From positions 1,532 to 65,531 of the forward strand of contig CAKUIM010000007.1 in the NCBI GenBank assembly GCA_934660965.1: 64,000 nucleotides of DNA, given 5' to 3'. Both the position numbers and the translations under genes were made by a program. The stretch comes from an uncultured Oscillospiraceae bacterium. Lineage in GTDB: Bacteria; Bacillota; Clostridia; Oscillospirales; Oscillospiraceae. The notes under the pieces are model-generated. The model was not told the DNA's origin. It saw only the letters and a program-made list of their open reading frames with translations, and searched no databases. This document shows positions 45,492 to 55,739 of this stretch, piece after piece. Position 1 is the stretch's first letter. The number at the start of each line of letters is the position of its first letter.

Positions 45492-47252
45492 ATGGACAAG
45501 AAAATGATTTCGCTTACCATCGACAATATCCCCGTCATCGTTCCCGAGGGCACCACCATCCTGGAGGCCGCCCGCAGTGCCGGGATCAAGATCCCGTCTC
45601 TTTGCTACCTCAAGGATGTCAACGAGATCGGCGCCTGCCGCATCTGCGTGGTGGAGGTCAAGGGCGCCCGCTCGCTGATGGCCTCCTGCGTCTATCCCGT
45701 CAGCGAGGGCATGGAGGTCAAGACCAACACCCCCAAGGTCCGCCATTCCCGGCAGCTCACGCTGGAGCTCATCCTCTCCAACCACCGTATGGACTGTCTG
45801 ACCTGCTCCCGCAACGCCCACTGCGAGCTGCGGCAGCTGGCCGCAGACCTTGGCATCGACGCCGTGCGCTACGCCAATGACCAGCTGCTTCCCCAGATTG
45901 AGGACTCCGCCCTCCACCTGGTGCGGGATAACTCCAAGTGCATCCTGTGCCGCCGCTGTGTCGCCGCCTGCCGCAAGCAGCAGGCCGTGGGCGTTATCGG
46001 CCCCAACAACCGCGGCTTCAATACCCACATCGGCTCCGCCTTCGACCGGGACCTGGCCGAGGTGGACTGCGTTTCCTGCGGCCAGTGCATCGTGGCCTGC
46101 CCCACCGGCGCTCTGGCCGAGAAGAGCTCCGTTTCCGAGGTGCTCGAGGCCCTGCACGACCCCAATAAGCACGTTGTGGTGGGCCCCGCCCCCGCCGTGC
46201 GCGTCACCCTGGGCGAGTGCTTCGGCATGCCTGTTGGCACCAACGTGGAGGGCAAGATGATCTCCGCCCTGCGCCGCCTGGGCTTTGACAAGGTCTTTGA
46301 CGTGGACACCGCCGCCGACTTCACCATCATGGAGGAGGGCACCGAGTTCATCCAGCGCCTGGGCGAGGGCGGCACCCTGCCCATGATCACCTCCTGCTCC
46401 CCGGGCTGGATCCGCTTCTGCGAGCAGCACTACCCCGAGTTCATCCCCAACCTGTCCTCCTGCAAGTCCCCCCAGCAGATGTTCGGCTCCCTGGTGAAGA
46501 GCTATTACGCCGAGAAGATGGGCCTCAATCCCGAGGACATCTATGTGGTGTCCATCATGCCCTGCACCGCCAAGAAGTACGAGGTCAAGCGGGAAGAGCA
46601 GCGCATGAAGAACGGCTGCATGCCCGTGGACGCCTCCCTCACCACCCGCGAGCTTGCCCAGATGATCACCCAGGCCGGCATGATGTTTGACCACCTGCCC
46701 GACGGCACCTTCGACCCCATGCTGGGCCTGTCCACCGGCGCGTCCGTTATCTTCGGCGCCACCGGCGGCGTGATGGAGGCCGCGCTGCGCACCGTGGTGG
46801 CCAAGGTCACCGACAGCGAGATGGGCCCCCTGGAGTTCCACGAGGTCCGCGGCATCCAGGGTATCAAGGAGGCCACCTATGAGCTGCCCGGCAAGACTGT
46901 CCGGGTGTGCGTCGCCTCCGGCCTTTCCAACGCCAAGACTGTTCTGGACGGCATCCGCGCCGGAGAGCTCCACTATGACTTTATCGAGTTCATGGCCTGC
47001 CCCGGCGGCTGCATCAACGGCGGCGGCCAGCCCCTGCACCCCTCCTCCGTGCGCTCCTTCACCGATCTGCGCACCCTGCGCGCCCGCGCGCTCTACAAGC
47101 AGGACGAGGGCATGGAGCTGCGCAAGAGCCACGAGAACCCCGTGGTCAAGGAGGTCTACTCCACCTACCTGGGCGCCCCCGGCAGCCACAAGGCTCACGA
47201 ACTGCTCCACTGCGAGTACGTGCCCCAGAAGCGCTACCGCACCGACAACTGA
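45492..47252 (+). CDS. hydA: [FeFe]-hydrogenase catalytic subunit (HydA/HndD type, group A multimeric)
   Basis: Start at ATG 45492 after GGGAAGGAG. N-terminal 2Fe-2S CYLKDVNEIGACRIC, then CLTCSRNAHCELR, CILCRRCVAAC and CVSCGQCIVACP. H-domain motifs are L1 TSCSPGW, L2 MPCTAKKYE and L3 EFMACPGGCINGGGQP. Confidence 0.92.
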   Translation: MDKKMISLTIDNIPVIVPEGTTILEAARSAGIKIPSLCYLKDVNEIGACRICVVEVKGARSLMASCVYPVSEGMEVKTNTPKVRHSRQLTLELILSNHRMDCLTCSRNAHCELRQLAADLGIDAVRYANDQLLPQIEDSALHLVRDNSKCILCRRCVAACRKQQAVGVIGPNNRGFNTHIGSAFDRDLAEVDCVSCGQCIVACPTGALAEKSSVSEVLEALHDPNKHVVVGPAPAVRVTLGECFGMPVGTNVEGKMISALRRLGFDKVFDVDTAADFTIMEEGTEFIQRLGEGGTLPMITSCSPGWIRFCEQHYPEFIPNLSSCKSPQQMFGSLVKSYYAEKMGLNPEDIYVVSIMPCTAKKYEVKREEQRMKNGCMPVDASLTTRELAQMITQAGMMFDHLPDGTFDPMLGLSTGASVIFGATGGVMEAALRTVVAKVTDSEMGPLEFHEVRGIQGIKEATYELPGKTVRVCVASGLSNAKTVLDGIRAGELHYDFIEFMACPGGCINGGGQPLHPSSVRSFTDLRTLRARALYKQDEGMELRKSHENPVVKEVYSTYLGAPGSHKAHELLHCEYVPQKRYRTDN

Positions 47253-47263
47253 TTCTGCTGTCC

Positions 47264-47300
47264 AAAACCCCCGGCAAAGCATGCTTTGCCGGGGGTTTTT
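47264..47300 (+). terminator. Rho-independent terminator after hydA
   Basis: AAAACCCCCGGCAAAGC-AT-GCTTTGCCGGGGGTTTT plus a T run. Confidence 0.88.
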
Positions 47301-47402
47301 CCTGCCCCGGGGGTCGTTGACGCGGGCAAAACGGGCGTGTATAATAGGCTCAAAAAGGCGGGTATTTTGTCCCCTGCGCCCCATAACGGAAGGAGCTTTG
47401 GC

Positions 47403-48455
47403 ATGAACACTCTGGTCATTGAAAAAAGCGCCCTGAAAAATAACGTCAGCCGCATCAAGGAGCTTGCCGGCTCCGCCTATGTCTACGCCAACCTCTCCGG
47501 CGACGGCCAGGGGCTGGGGGCAGCCCCTCTGGCCCTTCTCCTGCGGGACGAGGGGGTGAGCCGCTTCGCGGTGGACAGCGTGGAGTCCGCCCAGGCCGTG
47601 CGCAAGGCCGGCCTTGTGGATGAGGAGCTTCTCATGCTCCGCTCCCTCACCGATCGCGCCGCCCTGGAGCAGCTGGCCGACCTGAACGTCATCTGCTCGG
47701 TTGGCTCGCTGGAGGCGGGCATGGCCCTCAACGCCGTGGCGGAAAACCGCTCCACCGTCATCGAGGCCCACCTGGAGATCGACAGCGGCATGGGCTTCGG
47801 CGGCTTCCCCGCCGAGGAGCCGGAAAAGATTGTCACTGTGGTCCACAACCTGCCCAACGTGGCCTTCTCCGGCGTCTACACCCAGCTTGCCAGCACCAAG
47901 GCCCTCCCCGCCCAGCTGGAGCTGTTCCAGAAGGCGGTGGACGCCCTGCGTGAGGCCGGCTGCGAGACCGGCCTTGTCCATGCCGCCGGCTCCTTCGCTC
48001 TGCTCCACAGCGACCTGACCCATCTCGACGCCGTCCGGGCCGGCTCCGCCCTGCTGGGCCGCTGCCAGCGCACCCGGGGGGACGGCCTGACCCTTGTGGG
48101 CTACGGCGAGGCCGCGGTGGAGAGCGTGCGCTGGCTGCCCGCCGGCCACACCGTGGGCAACGAAAAGCGCAAAACCCTGCGCAAGCCCACCCGCACCGCC
48201 GTCATCCCGGTGGGCTATCAGAACGGCTTCGGGGTAGAGCCCCCGGCGTCCGGCCTCTGGGAGGCCCTGCGGCGGCTGCGCCGGCAGCACCGGCGCACCG
48301 TGCGCATCAACGGCCAGCGCGCCCGCATCCTGGGCTCCATCGGCGCAAGCCAGATCCTGGTCAACGTCACCTCCCTCAAGTGCTCCGAGGGGGACATCGC
48401 CACCTTCGACATCGAGCCTATCTTCGCCCGGGGCTTCCGGCGGGAATTCCGCTGA
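47403..48455 (+). CDS. Alanine-racemase-fold (Ala_racemase_N/C) family protein, apparently lacking the canonical PLP lysine
   Basis: Trimmed to MNTLVIEKSALKNNV after GGAGC. Overall colinear with Alr (…HLEIDSGMGFGGF…, …IPVGYQNGF…, …VRINGQRARILGSI…). The VVKANAYGHG site reads VYANLSGDGQG. Confidence 0.6.
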   Translation: MNTLVIEKSALKNNVSRIKELAGSAYVYANLSGDGQGLGAAPLALLLRDEGVSRFAVDSVESAQAVRKAGLVDEELLMLRSLTDRAALEQLADLNVICSVGSLEAGMALNAVAENRSTVIEAHLEIDSGMGFGGFPAEEPEKIVTVVHNLPNVAFSGVYTQLASTKALPAQLELFQKAVDALREAGCETGLVHAAGSFALLHSDLTHLDAVRAGSALLGRCQRTRGDGLTLVGYGEAAVESVRWLPAGHTVGNEKRKTLRKPTRTAVIPVGYQNGFGVEPPASGLWEALRRLRRQHRRTVRINGQRARILGSIGASQILVNVTSLKCSEGDIATFDIEPIFARGFRREFR

Positions 48456-48467
48456 AGGGGGCGCGCC

Positions 48468-48902
48468 ATGAAAGCAGTGGTCACCCGGGTAAAAAATGCC
48501 CGCGTTGAGATCGGCGGCGCGGTGTGCGGCCAGATCGGCCAGGGCCTTCTGGTGCTGCTGGGCGTCGGCCCGGAGGACACCGAGGCCACCGCCGATAAAA
48601 TGGCGGACAAGCTCTGCGGCCTGCGCATTTTCGAGGACGAAGCCGGCAAAATGAACCGCAATCTCGCCGCCGTGGGGGGCGCGCTGCTCATCATCAGCCA
48701 GTTCACCCTCTATGCCGACACCTCCTCCCGCCGCCCCGGCTTCTCCGGCGCCGCCCGGCCGGAGCTTGCCATCCCCCTCTACGAGCGCGTCATGGCATCG
48801 TGCCGCGAGCGGGGCTTTGCCGTGGAGCACGGACAATTCGGCGCGGATATGCAGGTCTTTTCCCAGAACGACGGCCCCGTCACCATCCTTCTGGAGCTAT
48901 AA
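48468..48902 (+). CDS. dtd: D-aminoacyl-tRNA deacylase
   Basis: 144 aa. MKAVVTRV..., LLVLLGV, SQFTLYAD, NDGPVTILLE. Confidence 0.92.
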   Translation: MKAVVTRVKNARVEIGGAVCGQIGQGLLVLLGVGPEDTEATADKMADKLCGLRIFEDEAGKMNRNLAAVGGALLIISQFTLYADTSSRRPGFSGAARPELAIPLYERVMASCRERGFAVEHGQFGADMQVFSQNDGPVTILLEL

Positions 48903-48944
48903 ATTCCTCTTGCACCATCAATCAAAAAGAAAGCTGGGTCCGGT

Positions 48945-50978
48945 ATGAAATACGCCCGCCTCTTCGCGCCCCTGCAGGTCAACTCCATGAAGCTGAAAAA
49001 CCGCATCTGCATGACCGCCATCGACCTCAACTACTGTCCCGACGACGGCGGCGCCGTCTCTGAGCGGCTCAAGGCCTTCTACTTCCGCCGGGCGGAGGGG
49101 GGCGCGGGGCTGCTGACCATCGGCGGCTGCCGCATCGACGAGCACGGCGCGGGCTATGACATGGACTTTGTAAGCATCGCCGACGACCGCTACATTCCCG
49201 GCCACCGGGAGCTCACCGACGGCATCCACGCCCGGGGGGCCAAGGTCTCCCTCCAACTCTACCACGGCGGGCGCTACGTGGCCGCCCGGGGCCTGCGCGA
49301 TGGGAACGTCCCCTTTGCCCCCTCCCCGGTCTACTCCACCTTCACCCACGAAACCGCCCCGGAAATGTCCCGGGAGGACATCCAGGCCGTCATCGCCTCC
49401 ACCGCCGCCGCAGCCGCGCGGGCCAAATCCGCCGGGTACGACGCCGTGGAGCTGCTGGGCTCCGCCGGCTATCTCATCTGCCAGTTCCTCTCGCCGCTGA
49501 CCAACCTGCGCACCGACGAGTACGGCGGCAGCCTCGAAAACCGCCTGCGCTTCCCCCGGCAGCTCATCGCCGCGGTGCGCGCCGCCGTGGGGCCGGACTT
49601 CCCCCTCATCATGCGCATGGCGGGCAACGACTTCATGCCCGGCTCCAACACCCTGCCCGACACCGTGGGCTTTTCCCGGGAGTATGAGAAGTGCGGCATT
49701 GACATGCTCAGCGTCACCGGCGGCTGGCACGAGACCCGCGTCCCCCAGCTGCCCGGCGAGGTGCCCGACACCTGCTACGCCTACCTTGCCCAGGCCATCC
49801 GGGAGGCGGTGTCCATCCCCGTCATTGCCGCCAACCGCATCCGCACCCCCTCCGAGGCGGAGACCGTTCTGGCCCTTGGCCAGGCGGACTGCGTGGGCAT
49901 GTGCCGCACTCTGCTCGCCGACCCCGACTGGCCCCGCAAGGCCATGGCCGGGGAGGAGACGGAAATCCGCCCCTGCGTGGGCTGCAACCAGGGCTGCCTT
50001 GCCGCCACCTTCTTCTGCAAGCCGGTGCAGTGCCTGGTCAATGCCGACGCCGGGCGGGAGGCTGCCCCCGCCGCCCCCCGTGCCGGGGCGGGCAAGTCAC
50101 TGCTGGTCATCGGCGGCGGCCCTGCCGGACTGGAGGCCGCCCTGCGCGCCGCCCGCTCTGGCTGGCGAACCGAGCTGTGGGAGAGCAGTCCCCGCCTGGG
50201 CGGCCAGCTCCGCCTGGCCGGCGCGGCCCCGGGAAAAGAGGATTTTCTCGCCCTTATTCCCTACTACGAGACCATGCTGAAACAATACGGCGTCACTGTG
50301 CGCCTGGGCACGGAGGCCGACGCCGCCGCCATCGCCGCCGCCGGGTTCGACGCGGTGATCGTGGCCGCCGGCGCCCATCCCCGCGCCCTTCCCATGGACC
50401 TTCCCGGCCCGGACATCGTCTCCGCCTGGGACGTGCTCTCCGGCGCTGTCATCCCCGGAAAGCACGTGGTGGTGCTGGGCGGCGGCGCTGTGGGCTGCGA
50501 AACGGCCCAGTATCTCGCCCGCCAGGGCGCCCTCAACACCGAAAAGCTCTTCTTCCTGTCCGTCCACCACGCCGAGCCTCCCCAGCGCCTGGAGCAAATG
50601 CTCAACCATAGCGCCCGCACCGTCTCCATTGTGGAGGTGGCCCCCAAGGTGGGCAGCGGCTTCGACCCGGGCTGCGCCTGGCCGGTGCTCAAGGACCTCA
50701 AGCGCCTGGGGGTGGCGCAGTACACCCGGGCCTCCATTGTCTCCGCCGCAGACGGCTGCGTCACCGTGGAGCACGGCCCCGAGGGGGAGCGCCAGCGCCT
50801 TACCCTCCCCTGCGATACCCTCATCCAGGCCGTGGGCTCGGTGAGCAATACCGCACTCATGGCTTCCCTGGGTGAGGCGGGCATTCCCGCCGTGGCCATC
50901 GGGGACTGCGCCAAGACCGGCCGCGTGCTGGACGCCGTCCGCGCCGCTGCCGACGCCGTGGCCGCCCTCCCGGTCTGA
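48945..50978 (+). CDS. OYE-like FMN oxidoreductase fused to an FAD/NAD(P)-binding domain (2,4-dienoyl-CoA reductase / enoate reductase family)
   Basis: 677 aa. ...LKNRICMTAI..., QLYHGGRY, a Cys cluster CVGCNQGCLAATFFCKPVQC, then the Rossmann motifs LVIGGGPAGLEAA and VVVLGGGAVGCE. Confidence 0.8.
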   Translation: MKYARLFAPLQVNSMKLKNRICMTAIDLNYCPDDGGAVSERLKAFYFRRAEGGAGLLTIGGCRIDEHGAGYDMDFVSIADDRYIPGHRELTDGIHARGAKVSLQLYHGGRYVAARGLRDGNVPFAPSPVYSTFTHETAPEMSREDIQAVIASTAAAAARAKSAGYDAVELLGSAGYLICQFLSPLTNLRTDEYGGSLENRLRFPRQLIAAVRAAVGPDFPLIMRMAGNDFMPGSNTLPDTVGFSREYEKCGIDMLSVTGGWHETRVPQLPGEVPDTCYAYLAQAIREAVSIPVIAANRIRTPSEAETVLALGQADCVGMCRTLLADPDWPRKAMAGEETEIRPCVGCNQGCLAATFFCKPVQCLVNADAGREAAPAAPRAGAGKSLLVIGGGPAGLEAALRAARSGWRTELWESSPRLGGQLRLAGAAPGKEDFLALIPYYETMLKQYGVTVRLGTEADAAAIAAAGFDAVIVAAGAHPRALPMDLPGPDIVSAWDVLSGAVIPGKHVVVLGGGAVGCETAQYLARQGALNTEKLFFLSVHHAEPPQRLEQMLNHSARTVSIVEVAPKVGSGFDPGCAWPVLKDLKRLGVAQYTRASIVSAADGCVTVEHGPEGERQRLTLPCDTLIQAVGSVSNTALMASLGEAGIPAVAIGDCAKTGRVLDAVRAAADAVAALPV

Positions 50979-51064
50979 TTTCTCGCATAAAAATAGCGGG
51001 GGCAGACGCTCAAGGCCTTCCTTGTATAAGGGGAGGCCGCCCGCAAATCCCCTCCCCCACGCAA

Positions 51065-51096
51065 AAAGCGCCCGAACCATGCGGTTCGGGCGCTTT
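51065..51096. terminator. Bidirectional terminator hairpin (twin of 29350-29381)
   Basis: AAAGCGCCCGAACC-ATG-CGGTTCGGGCGCTTT followed by CCTTTTCCCCTTTTT. Lies between convergent genes. Confidence 0.8.
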
Positions 51097-51109
51097 CCTT
51101 TTCCCCTTT

Positions 51110-51967
51110 TTACTTCTTGTACTCCGCGAGGGACCGGCGGGTGATGCCCAGCATCTCCCGGGCCTCGGCGGCGGTGGCGGGCTCGCGGCCCACCAGGCGG
51201 CCAAGGGCGGCGGCCCGCTCCACCAGCTGCACGTTGGTGGCCTTCACGCCGCGCTCCAGGTAGAGGTTGTCCTCCAGGCCCACGCGCACGCCGTCGGCGC
51301 CCAGGGCAAGGCCGGTGAGGAGCATGGGCAGATGATCCTTGCCGATGCCGGTGACGCTCCAGGTCCAGCCCTCGGGCAGCTTGCTGTGGAGGTACTGCAA
51401 ATTCTCAACGCTGCCCTCCATAGCGCCCAGCACACCCAGCACGAACTGCACGTGGCAGGGGGTCTTGAGCACGCCCTTCTTCGCATAGGCGATGGCGTTG
51501 CCCAGCATGCCGTAGTCAAAGACCTCGATCTCGGGCTTGATGTCCAGCTCCTGGGTGAGCTTGCCGCACTCCACCAGAAAATCGGGGCTGTTCTCGAAGA
51601 TGAGGCCCAGGGACCAGTTGAAGGTGCCCGCGTCGTAGGAGCACACCTCGGGGCGCAGGGCCTTGAGGTGGGCAAGGCGCTCCTCGGTGACGTAGGAGCC
51701 GCCGGAGGTGGTCAGATTCACAATGATGTCCACCCCGGCCTTCTCGGTGGCCTCCTTCACGGCCTCGAAGGCATCCCGGAAGTACCCGGCGTCCATGGTG
51801 GGCTTGCCGTCCTTGTCGTGGACGTGGATGTGGACCATAGAGGCGCCGGCCTTGGCCACCGCCACGGTCTCTTCGGCGATCTCCTCGGCGGTGATGGGAA
51901 TGTAGGGGGAGAGCTCCTTAGAGCCGGCGGTGCCGGTGATGGCGGCGGAAATGAGCAGTTTTTTCAT
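51110..51967 (-). CDS. Beta-keto acid cleavage enzyme (BKACE / DUF849; 3-keto-5-aminohexanoate cleavage enzyme family)
   Basis: 285 aa. ISAAITGT, HIHVHD (two Zn His), PEIEVFD, GVRVGLEDNLY (Zn Glu). Overall colinear with Kce as I remember it. Substrate not assignable from sequence. Confidence 0.85.
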   Translation of the reverse strand: MKKLLISAAITGTAGSKELSPYIPITAEEIAEETVAVAKAGASMVHIHVHDKDGKPTMDAGYFRDAFEAVKEATEKAGVDIIVNLTTSGGSYVTEERLAHLKALRPEVCSYDAGTFNWSLGLIFENSPDFLVECGKLTQELDIKPEIEVFDYGMLGNAIAYAKKGVLKTPCHVQFVLGVLGAMEGSVENLQYLHSKLPEGWTWSVTGIGKDHLPMLLTGLALGADGVRVGLEDNLYLERGVKATNVQLVERAAALGRLVGREPATAAEAREMLGITRRSLAEYKK

Positions 51968-52001
51968 GATCTTGTCTCCTTTTGGGTTTCTCTGTGCGCC
52001 C

Positions 52002-53210
52002 TTAGCGGCGCAGGTTCTCGATGAGGGTGGTGACGCCGTGGCCGCCGCCGCAGCAGGAGGAGAACAGGCCGTAACGGCCGCCCCGACGCTCCAGCTCCTT
52101 CATGGCGAACAGGCAGATCCGGGCACCGGAAGCGCCGTTGGGATGGCCGAAGGCGATGGCGCCGCCGTTGGGGTTCCAGTTGGCCTGGTCGATCTTCTCG
52201 CCGCTCTGGTGCTCCATCTCCTTGATGACGGACAGGTTCTGGGCGGCGAACGCCTCGTTGCACTCGAACACGTCCAGGTCGCTCACCTTCAGGCCCGCGC
52301 GCTTGAGGGCCAGCAGGTTGGAGTAAGCAGGGCCGATGCCCATCAGGCGGGGCTCCACGCCGTAATCGGCGCCGCACACCCACCGGGCATAGGGCTCGTA
52401 GCCCAGCTCCTTCGCCTTCTCGGCGGTCATCATCAGCACAAACGCAGCGCCGTCGTTCCGGCCGGAGGCGTTGCCAGCGGTGGTCACGCCGCCTTCACGG
52501 ACAGCGCGCAGCTTGGTGAGGCCCTCCATGGTGGTCTCGCCGCGGACGTGCTCGTCCTCCGCGAAAATCTTGTCCGGAGCCTTCTTGCCGCCCTTGATGG
52601 TGATGGGCGCGATCTCATCCTTGAAGTAGCCCTTGGCAATGGCGCTGGCGGCACGCTGCTGGCTGCGCAGAGCGAACTCGTCGCACTCCTCGCGGGTGAT
52701 GCCCCACTTGGCCGCCATGGTGTCGGAAACCTCGATCATGCTGATGTTCTGCTCGGGAGTGGGGGCCAGCTTGGAGGGGATGGGCAGAGGCGGAATAGCC
52801 TTGTAGGGCTGGATGGAGGTGGGGAACTTCACCACCATCTGGCTATATGCCTCCATGCCGCCGGCGATCATCACGTCGGCCTCGCCTGCCAGCATCTTCC
52901 ACGCCGCGTGGTTGATGGAGTCGATGGCGCTTCCGCACTGCATCTCAACGTAGGACGCGGAGGTCTCCAGCGGAAGCCCCGCGGCCAGCACCACATAACG
53001 GGCCGGGCCGCCAGCCTGGGCATCGCAGAAGGCGGAGCCGCAGAACAGCGAGTCCACCTTGCCGCCCCGCTCGTAAATCTTGGAGCGCTCCACCAGGGCC
53101 TTCACCGTCATGGCGCCCAGGTCGGAGGCATAGATGTCCCGCAGGCTGCCGCCCATCCGGCCAAAGCCCGTGCGCATGCCGTCTACAAATACGATCTCTC
53201 GCTTTTCCAT
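52002..53210 (-). CDS. Acetyl-CoA C-acetyltransferase (thiolase II family)
   Basis: 402 aa. ...VEMQCGSAIDSI (active Cys), NASGRNDGAA, NPNGGAIAFGHPNGASG, CCGGGHG. Confidence 0.88.
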   Translation of the reverse strand: MEKREIVFVDGMRTGFGRMGGSLRDIYASDLGAMTVKALVERSKIYERGGKVDSLFCGSAFCDAQAGGPARYVVLAAGLPLETSASYVEMQCGSAIDSINHAAWKMLAGEADVMIAGGMEAYSQMVVKFPTSIQPYKAIPPLPIPSKLAPTPEQNISMIEVSDTMAAKWGITREECDEFALRSQQRAASAIAKGYFKDEIAPITIKGGKKAPDKIFAEDEHVRGETTMEGLTKLRAVREGGVTTAGNASGRNDGAAFVLMMTAEKAKELGYEPYARWVCGADYGVEPRLMGIGPAYSNLLALKRAGLKVSDLDVFECNEAFAAQNLSVIKEMEHQSGEKIDQANWNPNGGAIAFGHPNGASGARICLFAMKELERRGGRYGLFSSCCGGGHGVTTLIENLRR

Positions 53211-53275
53211 CTTTCTTGTTCCTTTCCCGCCGGGCCGTCTCCTGCCCGGATTTGTTATTTTTATAACAATGCGTC

Positions 53276-53304
53276 TTGACTTTTCTTGAATTTTTTGTTA
53301 AAAT
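53276..53304 (+). promoter_or_regulatory. Sigma-A type promoter for the sigma-54 activator gene
   Basis: TTGACT, 17 nt, TAAAAT. Confidence 0.5.
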
Positions 53305-53352
53305 AGTCTGTAATTGTGAGTGTTTTGCCTGATTTCCAAGGAGGTCTTTGCT

Positions 53353-54753
<1,401 letters not shown>

Positions 54754-54771
54754 TCGGCCCGGGGTCGGAGA

Positions 54772-54813
54772 AGCTCTGCCGCCTGCGGTATGCGGGCGGC
54801 AGAGCTCTTTTAT
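54772..54813 (+). terminator. Rho-independent terminator after the activator gene
   Basis: AGCTCTGCCGCC, an 11-nt loop, GGCGGCAGAGCT, followed by CTTTTAT. Confidence 0.7.
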
Positions 54814-54832
54814 GCCGCCGGCCGGGCCCCGG

Positions 54833-55726
54833 TCAGTGTGGCAGAACGGGGTTGGGCCCCAGGCGGTTGCCCTTCTCGTCATAGAGATAGAAGCCCGCGC
54901 CGGACTTTTTCCCGCAGAAGCCCGCCTGCACCATCTTGCGCAGCAGCGGGGCCGGACGGTACTTGGAGTCGCCCAGCTGGCTGTGAAGGACCTCCATCAC
55001 CGCCAGCTCCACGTCGATGCCCGCCATGTCGACGAGCTCCAGGGGACCCATGGGATGGTTGCAGCCGAACTTCATGCCGTTGTCCACATCCTCCACGGCG
55101 CCGATCCCCTCGTCCACAATCTGGATGGCTTCGTTGATCATGGGGTCGAGCATACGGTTAACAATAAAGCCGGGCATGTCCTTGGATACAATCATCACCT
55201 TGCCAAGCTTCGCCCCCACGGCGCGGGCCGTTTCCAGCGTCTCCTTGGAGGTGCGCAGGCCGCAGATAATTTCCAGCAGCTTCATAGCCGGCACCGGTGA
55301 GAAGAAATGCATGCCCACAAACCGCTCCGGATGGCTCACTGCACCGGCAAGGGCGGTGAGGGAGAGCGACGACGTGTTGGACGCGATCACCGCCTCCGCC
55401 GGGCAGATTTCCGCCACGGCAGAGAGCACGGCGCGCTTGGCCTGCTCGTTTTCATAGATGGCCTCGATGACAAGCTCGGCGTGGGCGCAGCGGGAGAGGT
55501 CAGCTGCGGCAGTCAGGCGGGCAAGGCAGCCCGCCCGCTCCTCGGCGGTCATGGCCCCCTTATCTACCCGGCGCTGAAGGCGGCCGGCAATGCCCGTCAC
55601 CGCCCGCTGGAGGGCGGCGGTGTTTGTATCGTTGAGGGTCACTTCAAAGCCGCTCTGCAGGGCCACCTGAGCGATGCCGCTGCCCATCAGGCCGCTGCCG
55701 ATGACAAAAATGTGGTTCACTTCCAT
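54833..55726 (-). CDS. hbd: 3-hydroxybutyryl-CoA dehydrogenase
   Basis: Start trimmed to [20 protein letters not shown] after [50 protein letters not shown]. Confidence 0.88.
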   Translation of the reverse strand: MEVNHIFVIGSGLMGSGIAQVALQSGFEVTLNDTNTAALQRAVTGIAGRLQRRVDKGAMTAEERAGCLARLTAAADLSRCAHAELVIEAIYENEQAKRAVLSAVAEICPAEAVIASNTSSLSLTALAGAVSHPERFVGMHFFSPVPAMKLLEIICGLRTSKETLETARAVGAKLGKVMIVSKDMPGFIVNRMLDPMINEAIQIVDEGIGAVEDVDNGMKFGCNHPMGPLELVDMAGIDVELAVMEVLHSQLGDSKYRPAPLLRKMVQAGFCGKKSGAGFYLYDEKGNRLGPNPVLPH

Positions 55727-55739
55727 GCGCTGCACCTCC

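Noticed and set aside
51110-51967. Calling the BKACE gene kce and the locus a lysine-fermentation cluster
   Set aside because: No lysine 2,3-aminomutase, beta-lysine 5,6-aminomutase, 3,5-diaminohexanoate dehydrogenase or 3-aminobutyryl-CoA ammonia-lyase is present in the neighbourhood. The partners are instead an LcdH-like dehydrogenase, a PanE-like reductase and a Liv-type importer. I kept the family-level call only.
53211-53352. Sigma-54 promoter for thiolase-BKACE or for the activator gene
   Set aside because: There is no GCCA...GCAA (reverse) or TGGC...TTGC (forward) pair at the correct spacing. The best candidate (GGCAGGAGACGGC on the minus strand) is off by one in spacing and lacks the conserved flanks. 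Sigma-A-like elements fit better.
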